Of a stretch of DNA of 64,000 nt, positions 26,368 through 36,900 are shown piece after piece. The stretch is from an uncultured bacterium (GTDB lineage Bacteria; Hydrothermota; UBA3073; NMUJ01; CBEVQO01), in the NCBI GenBank assembly GCA_965552055.1, contig CBEVQO010000004.1, positions 96,001 to 160,000 on the forward strand, read 5' to 3'. Both the position numbers and the translations under genes were made by a program. Position 1 is the first letter of the stretch. Each line of letters starts with the position of its first letter. The notes below the pieces were generated by a model, which saw only the letters and a list, made by a program, of their open reading frames with translations, made no database searches and was not told where the DNA came from.

Positions 26368-28620
26368 ATGCGTAAATTTTGTCTTTTGTTGATTTTAGTA
26401 AGTTTGGGAGCTTGGGCTAAGGCACCATCTTCTTTTAAGCCTCGTGTGGTTAAATCTCCTCGTCCGAAGGAAGATTATAAAGTGCACAATATAGGGCAGA
26501 TATGGACGATGGAGTCGAATTTCGGTAGCTACGGTCATCCAGGTGCCGGAGACCTCGGTGTACCTTCTTTTGACTGGCCGGGTGGTACATTTAACTATTA
26601 TCTTTATGAAGGAGGAATATGGGTAGGTGCGAAGACAGGCGATGATTATTATGTTTCGACTGCTTTTTATGATCATGAGTTACAGCCTTCTGATAAATAT
26701 CCTGATGGCTGGGGATTTTGCGGAGGAGGACCTGAAGCCATTTCCATGTATGATATAACTTCTGCTTTTGATGATTTTGATGAAAATGCAAACGCTAACA
26801 GAGGATTGGGGTTATGCTTTGAGCAGAAGGCTCTTGCATGGTCTTTACCTGATTATGATGATTTTATTATCTATTATGTAAAAATCTGGTATGAAAAAGA
26901 TAAAGCATTAATAAGTGCGCCTCCTGATGTTTTGGAGAATGTTTATGTATCGGTATGGATGGATGCTGATGTTTCGAATGCGGATCCAAGCTGGTGTCAT
27001 ATTGATGACCTTGTTTCGTATGATGGCTGGACAAATGGAGAGTGGGAGGCAAGTGGCTTTTTTGCGCATATACCTCATGTTTCAAAGCCCGGTGCGCCTG
27101 TACATTTCCCCTATGATTCGTTTACAATAATTGGAGATACTATATTTCCTTTTCCGGATGGTGCACCTGATTATTATACCATTTGGGGTGATGACCCTGA
27201 TGAATTTTGTCTTACACGCCCTGATACTGTTTATTTACGAGAGGAGGTTTATAAATACCTTGAGCCTTCCATTAAGGGTTTATGTATAAAAGAAGGTAAT
27301 ATTTATAAACTTCCTTGTCAATTGATAGAACGAAATATGTCGTATATTTATGATGGAGATAACCCAGCGGACCCTGGTGATGATGAGGGCAATATTAAAG
27401 GTGGAGAAGGTATTGGTGCGTGTGCTGGATATTTCTGGGGCAGGGTTTTGTATGCTCCTCCTTCGCCCAATGATTCCGTATGGAGTGACGGGGTAGGTGA
27501 GTGCAGGAGGGTAAGACCCAACTCCCATTCCTGGTGGAACTGGGAGAATGACCCAGGTACAGATGAAGAGCAATATAAGTATATGGCGGGCGTACATGAA
27601 GCTAATTATGGTTATAGATTTATGCCCCATCCTTTTGATGTTGGTGCACCGACTTTTGATTACAGATTTTTATTGACCTATGGACCTTATGAGCTGAGAT
27701 CGTATGTTGATACTTTGGTTTTTGTCTTTGCTATTGGTGTAGGTCAAGGTTTAAATGGTGGCGTTGATAGTTATTGGGGTAGAGGTTGGGAGCCTGGTGC
27801 TCGTCAGATGTCTGATTTAGCGTTAAAAGCTTACTATATGGGCAGGAGGGATGCTGATCCTTTGCATCCTGCACCCTATGCTCCTGGTAAGAACTTTGTA
27901 ATACCTTTACCTCCTGAAGTGCCTTCTTTGAGGTATACTGTTTGCGGCAATGTTGTGGAATTGATGTGGGATGATAGGGCAGAGAAGGTACCCGACCCCA
28001 TGGATAACATTCTGGATTTCGGTGGTTATCGTGTTTACAGGAGTGATTATAAAGTTGGCAACTGGGTATTGCTAGCTGATTTTCCGAAGAAAATATGGGG
28101 GGATACGATACCACATTCTTATGTTGACACGCCGCCTATAGGTGTTCCGGTGTATTATGCGGTTACTGCGTATGATACAGGCAGGTTGAAAGTGGTTGGT
28201 AGTGATACAATAAGGATAGAGCCTCTTGAAAGTGGCAAGATAAATTACAAGAAGGACGAGGAGGGTAAAGAAATAGCGGTATGGGCTACAGGACCTGAGG
28301 ATACGACTTTAAAAATGATAAGGGTGGTTCCCAATCCATATCTTGCTACTGCAAGATGGGAGCGTCAATTTGAAGATAAGATAATGTTTGTAGGTTTGCC
28401 TCCTGAGTGCAGGATTGAGATATTTACTGTGAGTGGTGATCTTGTGAAAGTAATAGAGCATAATAATGGCACTGGTTCTGAGAGCTGGGATTTGGTTTCC
28501 CGGGGAGATATAGAGGTATCGAGTGGTCTTTACATCTATAAGGTTACATGGAAGAGTCCTTCTGGCAAGTTAAAGCATAAGTTTGGCAAATTTGTGATAA
28601 TAAGGGGTGAGACGAGATAG
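26368..28620 (+). CDS. Secreted protein with FN3-like and T9SS-type C-terminal domain
   Basis: Signal peptide; HNIGQI...YLYEGGIWVG; DFGGYRVYRS, YYAVTAYD; IRVVPNPY...IFTVSGDLVK...SSGLYIY...GKFVIIR. Confidence 0.8.
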   Translation: MRKFCLLLILVSLGAWAKAPSSFKPRVVKSPRPKEDYKVHNIGQIWTMESNFGSYGHPGAGDLGVPSFDWPGGTFNYYLYEGGIWVGAKTGDDYYVSTAFYDHELQPSDKYPDGWGFCGGGPEAISMYDITSAFDDFDENANANRGLGLCFEQKALAWSLPDYDDFIIYYVKIWYEKDKALISAPPDVLENVYVSVWMDADVSNADPSWCHIDDLVSYDGWTNGEWEASGFFAHIPHVSKPGAPVHFPYDSFTIIGDTIFPFPDGAPDYYTIWGDDPDEFCLTRPDTVYLREEVYKYLEPSIKGLCIKEGNIYKLPCQLIERNMSYIYDGDNPADPGDDEGNIKGGEGIGACAGYFWGRVLYAPPSPNDSVWSDGVGECRRVRPNSHSWWNWENDPGTDEEQYKYMAGVHEANYGYRFMPHPFDVGAPTFDYRFLLTYGPYELRSYVDTLVFVFAIGVGQGLNGGVDSYWGRGWEPGARQMSDLALKAYYMGRRDADPLHPAPYAPGKNFVIPLPPEVPSLRYTVCGNVVELMWDDRAEKVPDPMDNILDFGGYRVYRSDYKVGNWVLLADFPKKIWGDTIPHSYVDTPPIGVPVYYAVTAYDTGRLKVVGSDTIRIEPLESGKINYKKDEEGKEIAVWATGPEDTTLKMIRVVPNPYLATARWERQFEDKIMFVGLPPECRIEIFTVSGDLVKVIEHNNGTGSESWDLVSRGDIEVSSGLYIYKVTWKSPSGKLKHKFGKFVIIRGETR

Positions 28621-28628
28621 GGGGGCTT

Positions 28629-29624
28629 ATGTGGTTTTTGCTTTTGTTTTTGTTGAGTGCGGAAATAGAGAGGGGTTTGAAGGTTGGCACTGTAGGTGCG
28701 AAGTTTCTTGCAATACCTGTTGGAGCTAGGGCTGCTGCGTTAAGTGGTGCTTATGTTGCTGTGGGTGATGATGCTTTGAGTTGTTTCTGGAATCCTGCTT
28801 TGATAGGTCGTACATCTGAGGGTTTGAATATTGAGGGCACATATACGAATTACATGCTTGGGATAAGGCATTTTGGCTTTGCTGCTGTTCAGAATTTGGG
28901 TAAAGGCAAGTATACTCGGTGCTTTTTTGCTGGTGGATTACACTCAGGGGAAATGGAGATTACGAATTTAGATGAACCTTTTGGTACTGGGGAGAAGTTT
29001 TATTATTACGGCTTTGTGTGTGGAGTTGGTTTTGCGAAGTGGCTTACAGATAGATTTATTTTTGGGATAAATCTGAAAGTAATTGCGGAAGGTTTGAGTT
29101 ATCGGCTTGGCTCATGGTATACACCTTTATGTGATATAGGTGTTTATTATGAGACCGAGATTAAGAATCTGGAACTTGGTGCCAGTATAAGGAATTTTGG
29201 TCCCGAATTAAGACCTGGTGGTAAGTTCGTGGTTGAAGAAGAGGGTGAAGTAATAGTGACCGATGAAGGAGATACTGTGAAGCGTCGTTATCGTGCATAT
29301 CCTGTGTATATGGATTTCAGGTTTGGGCTTGCTTACAAGTTTTTTGAAAAGGAAGGATATAATGGGAAAGTGATAACTGAGATAGTGCATCCCAATGATA
29401 ATAAGGAGAGGCTAAACATAGGTTTTGAGTTCAATTTTGGTGATATGTTTTTTGTTCGTTTTGGTCATAGACGGATTTTAGAAGGATTTGGTCTTTATGA
29501 TGATAAAGGGTTACTATCTTTTGGCTTTGGTGTTAAAAAGGATGTATTTAGTCTTGGCTATTCGTTTAGTGATAGGGGACTTCTTCCGGATGTTCATAGG
29601 TTAGATTTAGGTTTGAAGTTTTAA
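28629..29624 (+). CDS. PorV/PorQ (UPF0164)-family outer-membrane beta-barrel
   Basis: GAKFLAIPVGARAAALSGAYVA.GDDA..FWNPA; terminal HRLDLGLKF. Confidence 0.85.
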   Translation: MWFLLLFLLSAEIERGLKVGTVGAKFLAIPVGARAAALSGAYVAVGDDALSCFWNPALIGRTSEGLNIEGTYTNYMLGIRHFGFAAVQNLGKGKYTRCFFAGGLHSGEMEITNLDEPFGTGEKFYYYGFVCGVGFAKWLTDRFIFGINLKVIAEGLSYRLGSWYTPLCDIGVYYETEIKNLELGASIRNFGPELRPGGKFVVEEEGEVIVTDEGDTVKRRYRAYPVYMDFRFGLAYKFFEKEGYNGKVITEIVHPNDNKERLNIGFEFNFGDMFFVRFGHRRILEGFGLYDDKGLLSFGFGVKKDVFSLGYSFSDRGLLPDVHRLDLGLKF

Positions 29625-29636
29625 GAGGAGGGGAGT

Positions 29637-32600
29637 ATGCATGTTCTGATGTTTTTATTGGGGATAGGGTTGGGAGATACGGTTAAGCTTTATGCATATA
29701 ATTTTGGTTTCTCAAAATATTATTATCCTATATTAGCGGTGTGCAGATATGTTGACGATGTTAATGGTATTCGCATATTTACGGAAGAACAGACGATTGA
29801 TAGGAGCAAATTGCAGTCCATGAAGGTCATAGGGTTTAAGGGGTATGATGATGTGCCTTACTTTGTGTTGTTGCTTCCTGATTCTCCCTATGTGTGGTAT
29901 TATAGAGGAGATGAGCGTTCTCTTTATGTCTATGATCATAAATGGAATTTGTCTCCTACTGCGATGGACTATCATCTTGATGGAAGTAAAGTCTGGGTAA
30001 TAGTAAGTAACTGGGGTGTAGGAAAGGGGGTTTACTGGGTAGATAAAATTAGCAGTGGGCTTAACTGGAAGAGAAAAGGAGGTCTTGGTTCTAATAAAAT
30101 AAGAGCTGTTTGTATTTCTCCGCGTAAAGAGACTTCTGACTTTCTTGCTTATGCTGTTGCTTATATTGAGAAAACTGTAATTGATTCTTATAAATTGGAT
30201 ACCACTGTTCTTATACATCCCGATACTGTAGTAGTTGGTACATTAGAAGTAGCCGAAGTTGATACATATACATTGGTTGACACAGTTTCGTATTATACGC
30301 ATGTGGAGAGATGCGAAATGCTTTATTCGAGCAATTTGCGGAGCTCGTGGAGTTTAGTTGATACTGATACGAGTGTAATTCCAATTTATGACATACATTT
30401 TTATTATCTGTGTGGAGATACTGTTGATAAGAATGTGATATATGCGAGTACGAATAAGGGGATTTATAAGTGGGATGGGAATCTCTATCAATGGATTGAT
30501 CTTTCTTTCCCCGAGAGTACTGTTGTTAAGAAGTTAGCTATAAATTCGACTTACGGATTATTTGCTCTTACTGAAGAAGGTGATTTATGGGAATATAAAG
30601 GCAGTTGGGAACATGTTCTCAGTGCTGTGCGTGATATTTATTTGGGTAAAAATGAGATTTATGTTGCTACGCCTACAGGGATAAAGAAGTTTGTTGGTGA
30701 TGGAAATTGGGAAGTGATAGATGAAGGTCTTTCTGATTGGGGTTATTTAAGGTGTTTAAAAGATTGCTATGGAATTGCTTGTGCGGATGATAAGTTATTT
30801 ATGTTATCCTACGGTGGATTTGGCTATTATGATAGTATCTGGTATGAAGCAAATAAGAACTCGCCTTACTACACCAGTTATATTACAAATTCTGAGGTAT
30901 GTACAGTTGCTGCTTATTTCCCGAATGTGAGAGATGTTATTGTTGATTTCTTTAACAGGAGTCTACCTGATGTGAATAATGATGGTTTTGTTGATATTGT
31001 TATTATGGATATTTCAAGGTATTATACAACTTATAAAGGGAGCGAAAAGGAATTTGATTTGCGTGCATATTTTGATTCGATAAACATGCATAGTGTTTCT
31101 GAGATAGATACGAGTGCTTACAAGACCAATTTTTCGGATATGATTTATGTTGACTGTGTGCCTTTTGATTTATCTTCTTCTGATGATGCGTGGTATGCTT
31201 TGTATGAAGGTTTATACGATATGATGCAATGGGTTGTGGATCGTGATGAAGAGAGGTGGGTGAGGGATGGCTGTAAAGAATGGCTGAAGTTCAAATTGGG
31301 AAAGAGAGGTAATAGTGTTACGATTTTAAATGGTAATTCATTGATTGAATGGGGTGGTGCTATAATGGATTTTGAAAGTGATTATTCTTTTGCTTTCATT
31401 TATTACATTTATGAGAAATTGTTAAACAGGAATGATGAATTTGTGAAGGAGCTCGCAGCTGAGCCTCTTAACGGGATAGAGGGTTTGCAGACGGTTTTGT
31501 TAAGGTATGGTTGTGATGAGGCTTTTGCAGATATAATGAAAGATTTTGCGCTTACTGTTTACTTTGACGGTGTAGAAGGATTTATGGATAATAAGTACAA
31601 TTTAGAAGATATTGATTTGAGCGTTGCTCCTGTTCTTGAAAACTGGGATTCTAAGGTTTGTGAAATTGACCTGGAGCCTTTTGCTCCCTATTATATGTAT
31701 TCCTATCAGGGCTATGGAGGAGCTTATGGAGCGAATAAGGATAATATGGGGAATCCTCTTGTTTTCAATGGTGAGGATAAAGGCAGTTATTATGTATTTG
31801 TTAGCAAAGAAAGGAGACCCTGGTTGGAGACGCCGCTTGATACAAGTAAGATAATTGAATTTGAGAGATTGTGTCTTAACAAAATGCAGATCGGTTTTGC
31901 AGATATTTCTGAATTTTTAGAAGATACGCCTTCGTGTTCTGTTTTTACTGTTATTCTATTAAATGTTGATAAAAGTGCTCTCGCGAGGAAAATAGTTATA
32001 ACATTTGATACCCTGCCACCTGATTTCTCTTCGCTGATAGTTTATCAGAATGTATATGGGTTGAAGAATCTGGATATATATGTGTTTTCGAGTGAGAGTC
32101 TTTATGTTTCTGATATAATAGCTGAGAGTGCTGTTGTTGATATTTATAAGGGTGATAGTTTGCTTCAGAGTTTGAAATGTCCATATTTTGGCTATGATGC
32201 TTTCTCAGGTTATTATATTTATAGTTCGACATATACTTTGCCCGGTGAAGGCACTTATTATTTGATACTTTCTGGGAGGGATGTTGCTTCTGTTCCTTTG
32301 CGTCCCGAAACTGTTCAGGTTTCTGTTGTTTATAAATCGAAAGGAAGAAAGATAACGCTCAATGGGTGTGATGTTGAAGTTTTAAGTAATGGGGATGGTT
32401 ATCTTCTTATAAGTTCTATTTTACCTGAAAAATACTCCAAGGTATACGGAGTTAAGTGTTCGGATGTTTCACCGGTTTATATAGTTGGTAAGAAGGGTGA
32501 GCCTTTAGGCTGTCGTATTTTGATGAGTTATCCTGCTTCTGATGTTGGTCTTTATCGTTTGCAGGGTGATAAATGGGTATATGTGAATGGCTATTACGAT

Positions 32601-32933
32601 GAGAGCAAGGGTAAGAGTTGTGCTATTATAGATAAGGGAGGCATTTATCAATTTAGGCGTAAAGTAAGTTCTGTGGAGACCTATTTCTACTGTCAGCCTG
32701 TTCCTGCGAATGACTATCTGTGGGTTTATTACGGAGGATATGGAGGTAGGATGGTAAAGATAAGGCTTTATGATATTAATGGCCGTCTTGTGAGAGAATT
32801 AAATCTTATGAATCGAGTTAATGGTGAAAAATGCTATCGTCTTGATGTGAGGGATTTGTATTCTGGTTGTTACATTCTGGTTTTTGAAAATGGTTCTTAT
32901 AAAGTGAGGCGTAAGATTGTAATTATAAAATAG
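29637..32933 (+). CDS. Secreted protein: beta-propeller plus degenerate M30-like peptidase domain and T9SS CTD
   Basis: PDVNNDG..DIVIMDI, AYFD..N, DMIYVD, DRDEERWVRDG; tail P.PA...LYDINGRLV...LYSGCYIL...KIVIIK. Confidence 0.65.
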   Translation: MHVLMFLLGIGLGDTVKLYAYNFGFSKYYYPILAVCRYVDDVNGIRIFTEEQTIDRSKLQSMKVIGFKGYDDVPYFVLLLPDSPYVWYYRGDERSLYVYDHKWNLSPTAMDYHLDGSKVWVIVSNWGVGKGVYWVDKISSGLNWKRKGGLGSNKIRAVCISPRKETSDFLAYAVAYIEKTVIDSYKLDTTVLIHPDTVVVGTLEVAEVDTYTLVDTVSYYTHVERCEMLYSSNLRSSWSLVDTDTSVIPIYDIHFYYLCGDTVDKNVIYASTNKGIYKWDGNLYQWIDLSFPESTVVKKLAINSTYGLFALTEEGDLWEYKGSWEHVLSAVRDIYLGKNEIYVATPTGIKKFVGDGNWEVIDEGLSDWGYLRCLKDCYGIACADDKLFMLSYGGFGYYDSIWYEANKNSPYYTSYITNSEVCTVAAYFPNVRDVIVDFFNRSLPDVNNDGFVDIVIMDISRYYTTYKGSEKEFDLRAYFDSINMHSVSEIDTSAYKTNFSDMIYVDCVPFDLSSSDDAWYALYEGLYDMMQWVVDRDEERWVRDGCKEWLKFKLGKRGNSVTILNGNSLIEWGGAIMDFESDYSFAFIYYIYEKLLNRNDEFVKELAAEPLNGIEGLQTVLLRYGCDEAFADIMKDFALTVYFDGVEGFMDNKYNLEDIDLSVAPVLENWDSKVCEIDLEPFAPYYMYSYQGYGGAYGANKDNMGNPLVFNGEDKGSYYVFVSKERRPWLETPLDTSKIIEFERLCLNKMQIGFADISEFLEDTPSCSVFTVILLNVDKSALARKIVITFDTLPPDFSSLIVYQNVYGLKNLDIYVFSSESLYVSDIIAESAVVDIYKGDSLLQSLKCPYFGYDAFSGYYIYSSTYTLPGEGTYYLILSGRDVASVPLRPETVQVSVVYKSKGRKITLNGCDVEVLSNGDGYLLISSILPEKYSKVYGVKCSDVSPVYIVGKKGEPLGCRILMSYPASDVGLYRLQGDKWVYVNGYYDESKGKSCAIIDKGGIYQFRRKVSSVETYFYCQPVPANDYLWVYYGGYGGRMVKIRLYDINGRLVRELNLMNRVNGEKCYRLDVRDLYSGCYILVFENGSYKVRRKIVIIK

Positions 32934-32941
32934 GAGGGGCT

Positions 32942-33967
32942 ATGAGGAATCTTTGGCTTATTTTGGTGATAAGTGTAGTTGTAAGTTGCGGGGTAAAAGA
33001 GAGCAAAGAGCCGCCTCCGTCTTTGACACCGAATCTTGATAGTTTATTGATAAAAGGCTGGGTTTATTACAGTGAAGGCAAGTTTGACACAGCCAAACAA
33101 ATTTTTGATTCGGTGCTTATGTTTGATGTTTATAACTTTGATGCGCTGATAGGAGGTGGCTGGTCGAGCATACATCTTGGGGAATATCTTGATGCACATA
33201 CATATCTTGGTCTTGCTTTGACAGTGAAAGGCGGGAGTCCGGTTTTTAAATCTCCTGAGGCTTCTTTTGAATATGATACTACTATAAATGAGACAATAAG
33301 AGTGGGGGATGAAATAAAGACAGTGGTTTATAAGATGAAGCCAGCAGGAGGCAACTATATTTTAGCACTTGATGAACTTGAATGCGAGTATAAGAAACCT
33401 TATACAATTTATCGAGATACCTGTATATTCTACGATACTGTTGTGGTAGGAACTACTGTTGTCGTTGAAATTGATACGCTTTATCGTGATACAGTGGAAG
33501 CGGAATCTGTTTTTAAATATGAAGTGGCTGCAATTTTCAATGATTGTATATGGCTTACATGGAGTAGCGAAAATGATACGAATGTTGTGCCCCGTGCACC
33601 TGCTTCTGTTACAGTGAGCAGTTATTATATAGTGGGGGAACCTGATTCATTGCAAGCGGAGGCGTTTGCAGGTGAATGTGCTTCTTATGTGTATGAGGGA
33701 GAATATTTTGATGCTGTTAAAAATGGCAATGCTGTGATTTATATTAATCCTTCATATGTGACTAAATATAAGGATTATGTTACTTTTGACATAAAGTCTG
33801 TGCGTCTTCTTCTTGCGAAAAGTTATATGGAACTTGGTCTTTATAAGAATGTTGAAGAAGAGTTGAAGGCACTGGATTCTTCATGGGAGCCTCCTTCGCC
33901 CTCGTCTTCGGATTATCTTTATCAGCTTTATAAGAAATTAGGCGAAATGAGTTTAGGTAGCTTATAA
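32942..33967 (+). CDS. TPR-containing lipoprotein
   Basis: Lipobox VVSCG; GWVYYSEGKFDTAKQIF...DALIGGGWS TPR-like helices. Confidence 0.7.
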   Translation: MRNLWLILVISVVVSCGVKESKEPPPSLTPNLDSLLIKGWVYYSEGKFDTAKQIFDSVLMFDVYNFDALIGGGWSSIHLGEYLDAHTYLGLALTVKGGSPVFKSPEASFEYDTTINETIRVGDEIKTVVYKMKPAGGNYILALDELECEYKKPYTIYRDTCIFYDTVVVGTTVVVEIDTLYRDTVEAESVFKYEVAAIFNDCIWLTWSSENDTNVVPRAPASVTVSSYYIVGEPDSLQAEAFAGECASYVYEGEYFDAVKNGNAVIYINPSYVTKYKDYVTFDIKSVRLLLAKSYMELGLYKNVEEELKALDSSWEPPSPSSSDYLYQLYKKLGEMSLGSL

Positions 33968-33976
33968 GGGGGGGTT

Positions 33977-36900
33977 ATGCGTAAGTGTCTGTATCTATTA
34001 GTCTCCCTGTTGCTTGCAGGGAGTGTGTATGGGAGACTGATGCTATTGAGAAGCGATGGCAGGGCGATGCCGCTGAAGTCGGTGAAGGAAGCGGTGCTGT
34101 CTCATGGTTACACGAAGATGAAGATAGACGATGCTATAAGGGTTGATAAAGCGAAGACCCCGGATGTATTCTCTCAGGTGGAAAAAGGTGCAAAAGGGGT
34201 GCAGATGACTCTGTCTTATCATGGTCCTTCTCGCTACTACTGTCCTTACAGGGCTCCTGGTTCATTGATTCTGGGATGGTTTACGCCTCCTGCTGCTTGT
34301 TCCATACTTGCTGTGCGAGCTGAGTTCTACTCTGATGGTCAATGTAAAGGTTATATATGGAACTCTCCTTTCCCTTATGTTGCAGGAATGGATCAGAGTG
34401 CGGCTAATGACTCGATAGCGAAATATTTCGTTTTTGACCCTGATTCCGGCTATAATCCTAATGGCTGGGTGGAAACGCCTGATGTCCTTGCTGGTCCATT
34501 CGTTATAAGTTCCAGTGGGTACGGCTGGGTGCAGGTAGACCTTGTGCCCATAGATGTTGGTGAAAATTCTTTCTTCTTCGGATACATACTGGAAGAGCCG
34601 ACATCCGGCAAGCCCTATCCTTTGAGCGATGATCTCACAAATCAGTATCTGCCTGCGAGGTCTTATCACTACAGAACAGGTAGCTTATATTCGGGTGCTG
34701 CTTACTTTGACTGGTATTTCAATCTTACGGGAGATCCATGGGGCAATTATGCAGGAAACTGGATGCTTGAAGTGGTGGTAAATGTTTATGGTAATCCACC
34801 TCCAATGGTCTATCACGATCAGTTACCCTACACCTATTATGCGGGTCCTTATAAAGTTCGGGCATTGATTATAGATTACGGTACTACTGATTATCCTGCG
34901 GGTGTTGATACGGTATTTCTCTATTATGCTGACCCCAATGTATTTGACCCACAGGATCCTACAACTTATGACAGTGTTGCTATGACCCTGGTAAGTGGTG
35001 CTGCTGATAGTGGTGTATATGAAGCGGATTTACCTGCGCTCTCTTTATATGAAGAATGGCTTTACTGGATAGAGGCAAGAGATGTTGAGCCCCGTACAGG
35101 TACATGGCCTGCTCCCGGTAGGTGGGCTCCAGCAATAATGGGAAGGCTCTCAAAGACACCGTATTACAGCAGTCTTGTAGTTATTCCGTCAACAGGAGTA
35201 ACGGATATCTACGCTGTTGATGATATAATGACCAATACATTCCATCAGGATTATGATTTCTGGTTCTGTGAGGACTGGCTCTATCCTGATAGCAGTGTGA
35301 TAAATGCTTATCAATGTGTGGAGTGGTGGACATGGTCTGATGATTACATTTTACAATCAGAGTCTGCTTTAAGGACATTCCTTGACAACGGTGGTAAATT
35401 GTTCCTTACGGGTCAGGATGTTCTTTATCCTTTTGTTGGAACATACGATACAGTAATGGTTACTTCTGGTAACTTCGTATATGATTATCTAAAACTGGAA
35501 AAAGTGACAGATGATAATGTTTGTCAGGAAGAACCTCTTACTATAAGCGGTGTAAGTGGAGATGAAATAACGGGTGAATTCGTGGATTCTAACTGGACAC
35601 TCTATTATGATCCTATGGATGCATGGGTAAGTGGAGATGTGTGGATGGGTACAGCTGTTCCGATCGAGGGAGCTGGTGTTGATACTATCTTCATGGATGA
35701 ATATGATAATGCTGTTGGCTTCAAATATGCTGATGCTTCGGGATACAAATATGTATTAAACTATTTCCAGACTGATGCTTGTGTTGATACTCTGACATTG
35801 CATCCTGTGTGGGGATCTTATTACGGTATTCTTTCATGGGATGCTCAGAAGTTGAGGATGTTTATGGATAATATGATGGGCTGGTTTGGTATTCCTAAAA
35901 TTGGCATTGACGGAGCGGCGATTGCCGTCACTGCACCTGAGGTAGCTGGTCTCAGTAGAGGCTATATCGCTCCTGTGAGTGTTACTGTGGGTAACATGGG
36001 TTGTGATACTCATGCTTATCATGTAGAATTGCATGCAGATATTCCTTTTGCTTATGAATGGATAAGCTCTGATGCAAGTGATACCATAGATACTTCGTAC
36101 ATTCTCACGATTATCCAAATGGATACTTCATCGCCTCTTGCTTCTTATATGTCCGAAGATGTACCATTTGCTCCAATTTACTTGTGGGATACTGTAATCT
36201 TTAAAGGTTCCGCAGAAACTGAAACTGTTGTGATACCTCCGTCTAGTCCTGTTACACTGACTGGCATAATAAACAGTGAAGACACTATTGTTACTTATAA
36301 TAACATTGCTCAATTTTCTGTGACGATTGTGCCCTGTACGATCGATGTCCATCCTGTTTCACTTACGGGCTATGCTTACGCTAATCTGTCCTCAGTAATT
36401 TCAGTTGATGTTACTCAAGATGGTTCGGACGATATTACAAATGTGCCTGTATGCATTTGTACAAGTGGAGGAAAATGGTTTGAAGATACTATTTCTTCTA
36501 TAGGTTATGGTGATATTGTGACTCTTGCATTTGAATTTACGGCAGGCGATACTCTTGATACTATTTTCTTCTATGCTGTTACAAATGCTGCTGGCGAAGA
36601 AAATGCGAGCAACGATACTAGTGCAATTTACTATCTCGTTCCGGTTGCTTACTACGATGCATTTGTATGCTCTCTGAAAACGCCTGTAACTGTTCATTAC
36701 GGAGATACAAACACAGCTGAGGTCAAAGTAGGAAATTACAATTCTTATGACAGAGAGTTTAAAGTTGCATTTACAGTTACCCATAAAGGCACAATACTCG
36801 TAGCGGCAGATACTCAGGATGTTTTAATAGGTCGTCTCGATACTACTACTGTTACCTTCAACTGGGTGTCAAATGTATGGGAAGAAGGTGCAGCATATGA

